This document shows, piece by piece, positions 49,020-61,127 of a DNA stretch of 64,000 nt (its first letter is position 1; every line of letters begins with the position of its first letter). The stretch is taken from the NCBI RefSeq assembly GCF_000315625.1, contig NW_005434670.1:414711-478710 (forward strand), in the 5' to 3' direction. The notes beneath the pieces are model-generated. The model saw only the letters and a list, made by a program, of their open reading frames with translations. It was not told the origin of the DNA and did no database searches. The position numbers were made by a program, and so were the translations under genes. Origin of the DNA: Guillardia theta CCMP2712 (Eukaryota > Protista > Cryptophyta).

Positions 49020-52000
49020 TCACCTGAGACTCAGTTGGTTGAAGTTTATCTCCTCCTTGATGGCGGCCCTCCATCTCGTTTCCCAGTGGCGCGCTTCAAC
49101 AACAGACGTTTCTGTACATAAATCGGTCAAATACTATCGACAAACTTCACAGTACGACATACCGGATCCCTCTTCTTCTTCTTCTTCTTTACCTTCTTCT
49201 CAACTTTCTTTACAACCATGTCCTTTTCTGGGCTGGCTCCGGTTTCTTCTTGTATTTGATTCCTTCATATCCGACCTACTCAGCACGCCTCCCTGCTTCC
49301 TCATACCGCACAGCTTACCTAACCGCTGCATCCTCTCCTCTCGAATCTCCTCCTCCGTCGGGGGCTTGCCTGGAGTATGAGGGGTGAGCAGAGTCACCTC
49401 GAAAGCCCCCGGGCTACCTGTGCCTCCCATGGACGGCATTTTGGGCAGCTCCCTATCGGCGAGGGGGTCTGGACCTTCTCCGTCGTATCCTTCCCTCTGT
49501 GAGATTCATTACGGGGGGAAAGGAAAGAAAGGAGAGGGAGCAGGTTGGAATGAAGCTTACCTGCACTGCTCTGATTTTCTTCAAGCTTTTCTGGATCATG
49601 ATGCTCCGACCAGTGGCCTTCATGTTCAAGTCAGGCGCTGGAAGTGTATGGGATGTGCGGACAGGTCGTGGGGGTCGTGGAGGTCTTGTCGGTTTTTCAG
49701 TGAGGCCCTTGAGCTTCTTCTCTTCCGCTGCTAGTCGTTAAAGGCCAGAAGAATCAAAAGTCGACACCCAGCACCTGCTAACTTCTGCTGCCTGTGAAAG
49801 CGTTCTTTGATCTTCCGCCGGATCCGGTCGTCCGCCATGATCTTCATGCTTGTCAAATCGTCAGGCGTGCATGCTATTTTCCACCTGTTCTGTCAACGAT
49901 TTGAAGCGAAGATGCTTCGGAAGATTTTCCCTGCTGGGCGTAAGCTTCAAACTAATCATCCTTCCGTCACCAAGGATGCTTGGGATCGATCGCATAGTAT
50001 CCCTCCTGCCATTTTGCATCTCAGCCATAGCGCTGCTGCAGCTGACACGTACCGCGAAGTATTTTGGGTACTCGAGTTTGGTCGGTGACTTGGTGGTAGT
50101 TCCCTTCTTTTCCCATCCTGTCCGGGACAGTCAGCTGCAATCTCGTGCAGCACGCATCTTACCGAGAGACTTGTAACGATTCTTGGGGTCCCAGGTGTTC
50201 CTCTGAGTTCGACAGGGAAAGTTGCGAAGTCGCAAAGGAGAGAAGAGCGAGGGAGGAAGGCAAGAGCACAAGTCAGCTGACACAAGTACATGAAAAGGCA
50301 AGGCATAGAGCAAGCTTTTGACATAGATGTGCCCTCACTTCAGTTAACAGTTTGAAGTCAGCTCGGAGGTCTGGACGGCTCTTGAGGTCTGGACCTTTAG
50401 GCAGGTCAAACCTGCAAGAAAAAGTATGACGGAGGGCCTGATGATAAGAGGAATTCAACCATCTCGGTCCAGCTGTAGGCTCAGCTTTATGTTTTTTCAA
50501 AGCTCGTTTGACGCTCAAACTTGATTTGTCATCCACATTGTGAAGAGAATCTGATGAACTGATGAGTGAATAAAGGCAGGAAGCAAACAGCAGGAACAAA
50601 AAGACGTTATACTGAAAGCAGCCAGCAAGCAAGGAGAGAGACAGGTTGGTAGGGGACAGCAGTAGGGACCAACGTATCTCAGAGAGAGGAAGGGGATGAA
50701 AAGAAAGGAGAACAAAACAAAATGACAACAACCCAAGGTCTCGTAGGGCAACGTGAAGTTTTGTTTCGAGCTGAGAGTATTGATAATAGTCTGCATTGGC
50801 GTCACAGAGACAAGAGAGCTGCAGTCTTCATTCACGTCTCCGAAGACTTTGAGATGAGGAGGAAGGTCGGGTTTCCAAATGTACCTCCCATTCTCGTCCT
50901 TTCCTGTCTTGCATTGTCATTCAGTGACTGACCAACTCTTACTCACCGTCCGTGTATCTTTTAAAAACTTGCTCACTGCAAACAAACATTCAGACTCACA
51001 GCAGCCGCAGGCAACCCTGGAGCAAGAGGTAGCGAGGACTTCAATGGAGCAATGGTAGGCAGCGAGAGGCACTGAAGGGCCAGCAGGATGCAGTCACCCG
51101 AAGTGCCTTGTACCACGTAGGGGCAAGACCAGACGAAGGAGCTGAGAAGAGTCACAGGCAGACTTTGCAGCACTTGCTCCTGACCTCTTTAGTGGCATGC
51201 GACATCCACGGCTGAAGCTTGCGGTGTTGCTCTTGTCGACGCAAGAACTTTCTGCAACAATACACGCTAAGTGAGGATTGGTTGAGAGAAAGGGCGTCTA
51301 ACTTGTCCGGGCACCACTTGACCCGGTACTTGAAGAAGTCGATGTACTCATCCTGCAGGTGGAGCACAGGTAGCCGCTAAGATATCGCAAGGCAGGAGGA
51401 GGAGGAGACAGACCTCAGGGTCGATTTCTTGGCCTCTCCACGTTATCCTGTTGGTAGGGAGGAGTGTCAACAGAAGCAGGTTGCGAAACTTTCATTGCTC
51501 GCCGTTGTCGTCTGGTTCTTGTTCTGTTCTTAGGCTGATGCATCTAAGGAAGATCCATCAGTCATGGCGCACGACAACATGTTCTCTTCTCCAATGCCTG
51601 ATTTTTCATCATCTCGAGGGTTGGGATGTAGAATGGATGCCTCTCTGTCCGGGAACAAGTTAATTGTCAGCTCACATCAAATGTCTGTACCACCTCTGAT
51701 CATTGCTTCGAAGGATGGGTCGACAGATCCCTTCTCTGTCTGCGCTTCTTCTTCCTCTTCAGCCAACCTTTCCATGACATCTTCGGGGAGCTTCGGATGA
51801 ATAGAGTCAGTGCAGCGCTGAGTAGTAGAGACTCCTGCCATACCTCTGAAACGTGCAATTCGGACGGCTCTGCTCATGCGCAACATGGTCAGCATCAGAT
51901 GAGGTGAAACGAGTCACTTGCGTACCATCTTCACTCAGTGTAGACTGCGATGACTTCTCAGATCGCTCGGATCCCTCCTCCCACGAGCTCCCACTGTCGC

Positions 52001-52349
52001 TCGATGCCTTGCCCACATCCGAGGAGTCAGAGCGGCGATCACCTCGTCTTCGAGGGATGCCCCGGGGCTCAGCCTGTTTCTTCTTCTCTTCCTCTGACGT
52101 GGAAGGGCTGTCTTCCCCTGAGGCCCACCCGTCGCTGGACTCCTTATCTTCGCTACTGGATGCTCCTCTTTTCTTTCTCCCTTTACCCCCCCTCAACTTC
52201 AGCAAGGCTGGAGCCACAGTAGCGCGAGGGTTTGCTTGGCGGCAGGTGTTCGTCTCGTGGTTGACCCAACTGAAGGAGCGAGAGGGCACAAGAATCAACA
52301 CCAGGAACAGACTTGAGCACACCCAACTCCTCCGCCATGTTTTCGTCAT
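49020..52349 (-). CDS. Hypothetical multi-exon protein with signal peptide and LKLRGG motif (candidate periplastid-compartment protein)
   Basis: MTKTWRRSWVCSSLFLVLILVPSRS signal, then LLKLRGG, a basic KGRKKR / acidic low-complexity region and many short exons ending WRAAIKEEINFNQLSLR*. Confidence 0.55.
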
Positions 52350-52619
52350 CCTCCCGTTCGCCAACATTAGTCGAGGGGGGACGAGACCGACGAGGTGGAG
52401 CAGAGGAGAAGCAGATAGGAGGACCAAGAGGGGTCGAGAGGGTGAGATGGGTTCAGCATTCCTAGTCTCTCCCTCCTCCTCCTCTACCCTCGCCCATCAG
52501 CCGCATCGCCTTGCACGACGATCATCGCCCTCACTCTCGATATCTCATCGCCCTCATGCGCTGATTTTTTCATGTCCCTCATACCCACTTCCCTTTATGT
52601 GAGCCACACCAGGGGTGGT

Positions 52620-53030
52620 GTCAAGAGGTCAGCACTAGTCTCATGGGGGTAGGGGTCATTAACCAAAATAGAAGTGGGGTGCTGAAGGTCCAAAATAACC
52701 GGGTAGTCAACACAGGTAGGGGGTCAGGAATTTTGGGGGGGTAGGGTACATCCGACTGTCCAGGAGAACGAAAGGGTGGAGGTGTAGAAGCTATGAGGGT
52801 AGGGGTTATGATAAGGAAAATGTGGGGTGGGGGGGTGCAGGTGTGGTAACATTGGATCTATTTTTTCCTCAGGGGTAGGGGTACTTTCACAGGGGTAGGG
52901 GTAGTTTCAAATGCGGGTTACTACAATGTCAAGACTGGGGTGCTTGCAGGGTACGTGGGGTAGGGTTTCAGCCAGCCTCAAATTTTCAGGAGGGTGGGTA
53001 ATGTGGGAAGGGTGGGGTAGGTCTGGGAGG
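52620..53030. repeat. G-rich GGGTAGGG motif array in divergent intergenic region
   Basis: At least 8 GGGTAGG(G)-like copies (52646, 52716, 52739, 52797, 52872, 52892, 52958, 53015). Confidence 0.7.
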
Positions 53031-53660
53031 GTCGTGGGAGGTGGCGGAGTAGTCGCCATGACGTGCACACGTGCGATGATGGAAGCGAGGAGGAAGGAGA
53101 GGGAAGGAAAGAAGAAGACGAGAGCAGGAAGGAGGGAAGGAGGAGAGAAGGGAAGGAGGGGAGAAGGGAAGGAGAGACGGAGTTTTGAGGATTAAGACAG
53201 CGAAGTAGAAGAGGATGTGGAGAAAGCAGAACGGCAAGGACGAAAATAGACATTATCATATAAGAAGGCAAGAGATGGTGAATGAAGATGGAATGTGAAA
53301 TAATGTATCGATAAAGACATCGGGTAAAGATGGGCGAAGAGATGGAACCGATAATGGTGCGTCGAGGAAGGATGGGGATGGGGATGGAGATAAGAGGAGA
53401 TGCGTAGGGGAAGGGCGAGGGACATGGGCGGGGGCGGGAATGTCGAGTGAGTAACAGAGCAGCGTCGCAGATGACTATGAAGTTAGTCAGATAGGAAACT
53501 GTAGACCATGGGAAGAAAATCAAAGATAGTAGAATCATTTTTGCATGAGGGAAGCTGGGCAAGGAGAGAAGCCTAGTCCTACAATGAACCTTCTTCATCG
53601 CGAATGACCTCGGTCTGACATGGCAGTACTTGCTAGGTTGGTATGTGTGCAGCTTCGCCT

Positions 53661-55709
53661 ATGGTCGACGATCTGTTGGCCATGGCAAACGATGAGATAG
53701 CGTCCTTGATTCCCAGCAACTTCTTTGTGGATGGCTCCGCCGTCAGCGGCAAGAAAGTGTCAGAGGCCGCTTCCTTGGACCAAGAGACCTTGTACAAGGC
53801 GGTCCTCAAGGCCCTGGGAGACGAGGACGCGAAGATCAGGGGAGGGGGTCAAGGGATCGCCCTTCACATGGAGGCTCAGTTCATCATGTCCAAGATCCAT
53901 CATTACCTCGACACCGACGGCGACGGCGAGCAAGATGCTGATCGAGCTGATCGGACTGCAGCCTCCATGGCCCTCGTCATCGGCGGCGTCGCCAACCGTC
54001 TCGGAGACGTGGAAGTAGCTAAGTCGACGGTCAATCGCATCGCTGCCTTGCTCGCCTGCCCCTCCTTGGACGTGCAGACCGCCTGCGCCGTCGGAATCAG
54101 CCGAGCGATTAAGGTGCTGCCCGCCGAGCAGGGGACGGAGACTCTGAACCACTACCTCTCTGGGCTCGGAACGGAGGACGCTGCGACCGTCGCCTTTGGC
54201 ATCGCAGGAGTGGTCAAGGGAGTGACGTCTAAGGCCCTCTGCTCGCATGGGGTGCTAGACCGCCTGGAGGAAGCTGTCAACGACAAGAAGGACGCCAAGA
54301 AGAGGGAGACGGCTCTCCGCACATATCAGGCGCTCTCTCTCGTCTTAAAGAACATCTTCGAGCCCTATGCAGGGAATGTTCTTCCGCAAATCATCGCCAA
54401 GCTCGGGGACAAGGTCGCCCAAGTGAAGGCAGCGGCTGAGGACGCCTTCAAGGATTTCACGTCCCTACTTTCCAACTACTCCTTGTATGCCGTCATGCCC
54501 ATCGTCGGACGCGCCCTCGGTGACTCAGCGTCCACCTCATGGCAAGCTCGCGTTTTCTGCCTCAACTTCGTGGAGTCGAAGGTGGTTGCAGCTCGGCGGC
54601 AGGTGACGAGCATCTCTCAGAGCATTGTTCCTTCAGTCATCGAGTCGCTTTCCGACACCAAGGCGGAGGTTCAAACTGCCGCCAAGTCTGCACTAACTAC
54701 CATAGGAAACGAACTGATCACCAGCCCTGAGATGAAGGCCATGGTTGACCCGATCGTGTCTGCCATCATCTCACCCGGCGATATGACCAACCCCTGCGTC
54801 GAAAAGCTCATGGACGTGACATTCATGAACCCGATCGACCGTCCCTGTCTCGCCCTCATGGTGCCTGTGCTCCGAAGAGGCTTGACGGAGAAGAGGAACG
54901 AGGATAAGCGAAGAGCTCTCCTCGTCGTTGGCAACATGTGCGGTCTGGTCATCGACGGCAAGGAGCTTATTCCCTATGTCCCTGCCATCATGCCCGACCT
55001 GGTTGCTTGCGTCAAGGACTCGAGCCCGGAGATGCGACACTACGGGGCGACGGCGCTCGCGGCATTTCTAAAGGTAGGAGGCTGCAGGTCGCCCGGGTGA
55101 CTAAGAGCTTGTACCAGGGCATGGCAGCAGCGCATTTGGAACAGAGGTTCGAGAACTTGGCGGAGGAGCTGCAGAAGCTTCAGAAGGAGATCGTGAGTGG
55201 GGTTTGGGATGGAGTCTCGAACTTCTTCTCACTGCCTCTTTGCAGGTGTCGACCGACAACTCCGTCAAGACTGCGGCGGAGCGAAAGTTGCAGGAGCTGA
55301 TCGATCTGGCTAGCGATCAGGCGACCAAGACGCATCATACTGAGGAGGAGGTGAAGGCTGACCTTGAGCGATTGAAATTGGAGGAGGAGGAGAAGCAACG
55401 TCAGGAGATTGAGGCTGCGGAAGCAGCAAAACAAATGGAGGTGAGCGATGCATTCTCATGTTAGATGTGCTCACGGCCTGGCAGATCGAGGAGGAATCTA
55501 GAGCTGAAGTCAGCGAGTATGCCCTACGGCAGAAGGCTATTCAAGAGGAGGAGAAAAGGAAGGAGGAGGAGAAGAAAGAGCTCGAGAAGCAAGCGCGCGA
55601 GGATGCGAAGAAACAGGCTGAAGCGGACAAGCTTCGCGCGTTCAAGAAGTTTCAGGAGGAGCAGAAAGCTGCTATGCTGAAGCACCAGAGGGCCAAGAAG
55701 AAGAAGTAA
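53661..55709 (+). CDS. HEAT-repeat protein homologous to the central (eEF3-like) region of GCN1, with charged coiled-coil tail
   Basis: AFGIAGVVKG, FEPY..VLP.II..LGD, SWQAR, IVPSVIESLSDT..EVQ, IDRPCLALMVPVLRRGL.E, VVGNMC.LV, PY and PEMR match GCN1 HEAT motifs in order. Confidence 0.85.
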
Positions 55710-55749
55710 ACAAGGTCTTGCTCTATCAACAACAAGTCTACAGCCTCTA

Positions 55750-56930
55750 TCTACATCGTCCTGCTCCTTCTCCTCGGCCCCTGTCCTCAAAGGAAGTCCA
55801 GACGCAGCCCTCTCACGCGGGGTCGCAGCTGCAGTAGCTCTCACTCGCTGCAGGTACCGGAAGCGACTTACCGGCACAGGCGTGGAGTTGAGAGGGGCGC
55901 CGAGGCCCTGGAGCAACCTGCCGGTGACGTCAGCAACCCTCGAGGAGTGCGTGCTCGTGCGACCGCTCGGCCGGAGGGATGTCAGGAGTTCTCACAAACT
56001 TTTCCTGCAAGCGCCATCAGCGAGACGCTTCTCCTGCTCCCTCCCACCTTGATCGAGTCGTATCCGTTGGTCACAAACCCCACCGCCAGCGCCGAGTTGA
56101 GCTTCAAGAGCTCCGCCAGCTGCTCCAGGAGCCTTGTCCTGACGCATCGCCATCAGCTCACGCACCTAAGGGGAACTATGTACTTGTGCTGTTGAGACAC
56201 GCCAGGTTCGTGGACTGCGCGTACAAAGATCATGCATTTCTCTGCTATCCGACGATTCAGCTGCTGCCACAGGAAATCCCAAAAGTCGCCAGTCCCTCTG
56301 CGTCGAGTCAGCAGCTAGACGCAAGAGGAAACCGCTTCCCAACCTCAGCTGAACGATGCTCAGCGCTCCTGCCACTTTCCGTCGGAACCCTCCCTGCTCC
56401 GCACACGCCACGGTCTCCCGCATCCATTGTGCTTCGTTGCAATCTTCCAGCAGCCCCCGCGGTTGCACGAGTGACGTCAGCTCCTCGTACTTGTGATGCA
56501 GCACGCTGATCGGGTAGGTCAGATGTTACAGCACTAGAGGGCAAATGGTACCTTCGATGGGGAGGACAAGCGGCCTGTGCGACAGGCCGCACGAGATCAG
56601 TGAGCATGCGCAGAGTGTTGATATCCTTATACTGCAAGAGATTCAGAAGAAGATCCCCGACCTCAAACTTGTCACATCAGGAACTTGCCCCTGCTCGTTT
56701 CCTCGCGACAGAACCGTCGGGATGGGCGTGTGATATGATGGTAGCGGAGGCATGGGACCCTGGAAACCAACACGATGACTCACAGACAAGAATGATGTGG
56801 GGTCACCTTCTTGGTTTCTCGCCTCCATCTATGCTCTGCTGGCTCGAGCTCTCTCATCGTCCCAAAGTCCACACTAACCGCACAAGCGTCGTTCCGTCAA
56901 GGTTGTTCTACCTGCCAAACATGGCTCGTC
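55750..56930 (-). CDS. Hypothetical protein with many short exons
   Basis: Regular ~45-nt GT-AG introns separate open fragments (FEVGDLLLNLLQYKDINTLRMLTDL; ELAELLKLNSALAVGFVTNGYD). Confidence 0.35.
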
Positions 56931-57167
56931 AGATCCAGCTGTCAAGAGCCTGTGAAGTAGTAGTCTGATCCTCTACTGCTCACTCCATCTTCCCCCTCTC
57001 GCTCAGGCACCTTCCTCCTTCTTCCTCCTCTCGCTACTTCAACCCTCACTGCATGAAAAACGCACCACCAAATTCCAACGCCCTTGTAACGGCATATGTA
57101 ACGTAAAATAAAACCGCTATATAACCACTCGTGTGTAACGACCAAAAACGGCCGAGGAGACGCTTAC

Positions 57168-58112
57168 ATGCTGATGCTCCGGGCCGCCGCGGCGCACGCG
57201 CGGGCGTCATGGGCTGAGGGAAGGAGGCTGGCACCAGCCCTTGGCTCCCTTGGCTCTCTCACATCTTCTCCCTCTCCCTCCTTCTCTCCTGCTCGCGCCG
57301 CCTGGCAGCGTCGCAGCTACACCGCAGAGGAGAGCCAGGTGTCCATTCCGCCTGTCTTCACCAGAGAGGAATTCCGCCAGCAGAAGCATATGATCTTTGA
57401 ATCGGATGCCCCCACCATTTTTCAATACCTGATGGAAAGATTCAAAAGAAAATTGTATCCTAGCAGGGGCGAGATGCATCAATACATCAAGGCATGCGAA
57501 ACTCAAGAAGATTTGAACAGGACCTTCTATCTGTACGGTCTTTTGCGCGTGAAGTACACGGATCTTCACGTTGAATCAGGGGGATTGTTGATGGAAGCTT
57601 GCATCAGGAAGGAGCATCTAGATGCTGCTCTCAGGTTGTTATTTTCGCACAGAGTCTATCGTCTGGGCCTGCCCAAGACTGCATGCGTACATTTGGTGGC
57701 TGCGCTGGGCAAAGCTGGGCGGTACGAGGAGATGGTTGCGGCAGCGCTGTTCTGCTACCACGTGAAGATGAATATGGCAGACAAGAGGACCTTTAACGCA
57801 GTGATCTACTCCTTGTGTGCTGGTGAAAAACTCTCGGAGGCCATTGCCATGATGAAGAAGATGCAGGACCTCGAGCAAGTCTACGACAAGTTTCAGTTCC
57901 GCATTATTCTCACGGAGTGCAACCGTCAGATGGCTGCCGGAGATGAAAAGGCTTCTGCTGCAGCTGAGATCCGCCAGCAAGTGGCTGCCTTGCTCAAGGA
58001 AGTCAAGATAGATGACCCCCGGTGCCAGGAACTCCTGTCTGAGGAATTCCAGGTGAGTGCGGCGAATGCAGATGCATCTGAGCAGGCACCAGAAGAAGGC
58101 GACAAGAAGTAG
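57168..58112 (+). CDS. Mitochondrial PPR/helical-repeat protein (possible mitoribosomal subunit)
   Basis: Intronless 314-aa ORF with Arg/Ala/Ser presequence ending RRSY and PPR-like motifs (HLVAALGKAGRYEEM; TFNAVIYSLCAGEKLSEAIAMMKKM). Confidence 0.8.
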   Translation: MLMLRAAAAHARASWAEGRRLAPALGSLGSLTSSPSPSFSPARAAWQRRSYTAEESQVSIPPVFTREEFRQQKHMIFESDAPTIFQYLMERFKRKLYPSRGEMHQYIKACETQEDLNRTFYLYGLLRVKYTDLHVESGGLLMEACIRKEHLDAALRLLFSHRVYRLGLPKTACVHLVAALGKAGRYEEMVAAALFCYHVKMNMADKRTFNAVIYSLCAGEKLSEAIAMMKKMQDLEQVYDKFQFRIILTECNRQMAAGDEKASAAAEIRQQVAALLKEVKIDDPRCQELLSEEFQVSAANADASEQAPEEGDKK

Positions 58113-58733
58113 AGCTCATTGAATTGTTCTTCAATCTTTGATATCATATTGCTACACCCGAACTTGCCAAAACTTGCTCTGTTTCACTACCTGTCGAGAA
58201 ACTGGAGAATCCTCCAACAAGGATAGCAAGCATAGCTCAATTCACGCTCATGTCTTCTGACTTTTTCTTCAATCCTAGAAGCATCCATGATTGAGCTCAT
58301 CAGCACCCTGTCGACGCAGCTGTCGGCGATCGGATGACTCAGTAACTCACGAAATAATGACTCAGCGATGGGCTCCGGCAGAGCGTGGTTGAGATGATGC
58401 CTCTTGACTCTGCTACTCGATCAGCTTGACTTGAGATCTCTCTGCCTTCTTCCTGAGAGTCTCCTTTATCCTTGTTTCAGTGCCAGATAGGTGCGCCTGC
58501 CGTTACGAGAATCAATATGGCATCAGTTGCAGCCGTTACACACGGCGGTCTTTATAAGTGAGAGCCCTGCATCCTCCTGCGATCCGTCTTGCCCCCCCCC
58601 CCGCTTCCGCTTCCTCCCCCTCTCCTTCTGCTCCTTCCCGCGACCTGCTGGTAGAAGCAGCAGACAGTAGAGGAGGGCTTACTGCTTGCTCCTCGTTCAC
58701 GTCCTAGCACAGACCTCCACATCTTCCTTGTGC

Positions 58734-61063
58734 ATGTCGTGCCGTCGCCTCCTTTTCGGGATCTTGGGGATCTGGGTAGGATGCTCCACGTCTGAAGTCC
58801 TGGCCTTCCGGGCTCATCACGCGGTTGCGAGGAGCTATGCTTCGAGGGGATCTCCTGCTTGCAGGCTCAATGCCAAGAAGACGCCCGAGCATGCGACCGT
58901 GCCAACGGCAACGCTATTCCACATGCGCTCGATCGTAGGGAGCGACAGCTCGTCTATGGGCTCGGCTGTGAGTCTGGAGAAGGCTGCCATGTTGCTTTTT
59001 GCTACGGTTTCTTTCTTCCTGGGACAACCAACGATATCGCACGCGGAGTTTTCGCAAGAGCAAGCCTTGGCTGCTGATGTTTGGTCGGTGGTGGACGCAA
59101 CGTTCGTTGATCGAACTTTCAACAACCATGACTGGATGAAACTCAGACAGAACGTGGTCAAGCGCGAGTACTCGGACAGGCAGCAAGTGTGAGTGATGAT
59201 TGAGCTTGAGAGAACTGTCTTGTTCCTCTCTGCCTGACTGTCTGTAAGGTATGATGCCATATCCAAGGACCTCCTAGAGCCCCTAGGAGACAAGTACACC
59301 CGTTTCATTGACCCTGTCAAGTTCGAGGCTCTCAAGAACTCGATTGTAAGTCTCAACTTGTCTCGTGACATCCCTCTCACGCTTTCTTGTTCTCAGGTAG
59401 GCAAAGGCCAAGATGTAAGTGTCAGACCCTTGTCCTCGCTGCACGTTCATGCGGTATGCTCAGGTCTCCGGCATCGGCGTCACTCTCTCTCTCGACAAAC
59501 AGAACAAGCTCGTCAAGATTGTTGATGTATGCGAGCATGATCGACCTCTCTGATTGATCTCTGCTCACCTTGCGCCAGGTCTTGGACGCATCGCCCGCGG
59601 CTGAGGCCGGCTTGAAGCGAGGAAGTCTAGTGGTGCAGGTCAACGGAATCCCAACAGATGATGGCAAGAGCACCCCGGACGACGTCGCTGCTCTCCTACG
59701 AGGACCAACAGCAACCAAAGTGCGACGGATGCTTCCTCTTCCCTGCTCTCCTCCCCCTCCTCCTCCTTCAAGCGTGAGATGAGTGACACATTGACAGGCG
59801 AAGCTGAAGCTCAGGTTGCCAGGCAGTCAGGAGGAGACGGAAGTCACGCTTGAGCGTCGAAAGGTGGCAGTGAAACCAGTAACAGGAGGAATGAACGGCA
59901 AGACGAGGTAAAGGCGAGACTTTTGTAAGCAGCTGATAGTTTGCTCGTCAGCTACATCAAGATCAAGCAGTTCGACACTCAGGTGAAGCAGACAAACCAA
60001 GGGTGTGAGGATGACTTGCCGGCAGACAGCTGAGCTTGTCAAGGATGTCATGCAGAAGAATCTTGCGGCTGGTGCCACCTGCCACGTCCTGGACCTCCGG
60101 GACAACGCGGGAGGATACTTCAGGGCTGGGGTTGACACCGCCGCTCTGTTTCTACCTGCCGGGAAGCCCATTGTGTACGTTGTCAACAAGGTGAGGGAGA
60201 CGGCTGAATGCCAGCTGGGTCATGATTGAGGCAGGACGGGCTTCAAGATTCCTTCTCGAGCTCAGCCGACGGGCTAGACACCCGCAACCCCTTGTTCCTG
60301 CTCGTCAACGGGAATACTGCCTCTGCGTCTGAGATCGTGACCGGTGCTCTCAAGGATCTCGGGCGAGCCAAGGTCAGCCGTCCTCCTCTTCCCCTTCCTC
60401 TCCTCCTAGCTCCTTCCTCCCTCGCTCCTTCCTCCTTCCCGTGGTGTCTCTGCTGACAATCCTTTAATACCTCCTTTCCCATTCCCTCCTTACAAAGCAC
60501 CTCTAAACTTCACCCTTTGGATCCCCTCCCCCTCACAGACGCCTCTGCCCTCCCTCCAGCGATTCTCTGTTCCTGCGGTGAAGCTTACAATGCAGGTTTT
60601 GGGTGAGAAAACGTTCGGCAAAGGAGTGGTCCAGACGGTGAGGAAAAGGGAGGAGGGAGGAGTCAGTGGAGGAGGGACGAGAAAGATCCGGAGGAAGCAG
60701 GAGAGGTGAGGGCGGAGGGAGGAGGTGACCTAGCAGCAGGTCACTCCTCTCTTCGACGGTAGCGCAGTCGCCAGCACCATCGCCCGCTACGAGACCCCGA
60801 ACCACGAGGACATCAACAAGTAGCGGCTGCTGTGAGGTGAGAGAGGCTGACGTGAACCGCAGGAAAGGAATCGAGGTGGACGGCACGGAGAAAGACCTCG
60901 CATGCCCTGATCCGTAAGACATCCTTGAACTACTCCCATTCTCCTTCCCCTCCCCGCTCCCTCCCCTCCCTCCCCTCCTCGTTCCTCGATCCTCGTTCCT
61001 CATTTCCTCCGCGGTCTCCATGGGCTGACCCTCCTCTCCCTTCGCAGTTATCCAAACTTGTGA
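58734..61063 (+). CDS. ctpA: Carboxyl-terminal processing peptidase (S41A, D1-processing type), thylakoid-lumen targeted
   Basis: Signal + VLA|F + lumen signal ending SHA. Motifs FVDRTFNNHDW, LGDKYTRF, GIG, PDZ, LDLRDNAGG, LVNGNTASASEI, GEKTFGKG and TIARYETP. Confidence 0.95.
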
Positions 61064-61127
61064 AGGACGGGTAACTCCTGAGATATTTGTACTCACTAGA
61101 CAAGACATTCTTGCTGAAGTAACTAGA

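Noticed and set aside
52620-53030. Interstitial telomeric repeat
   Set aside because: Motifs are dispersed GGGTAGGG, not tandem T(2-3)AGGG.
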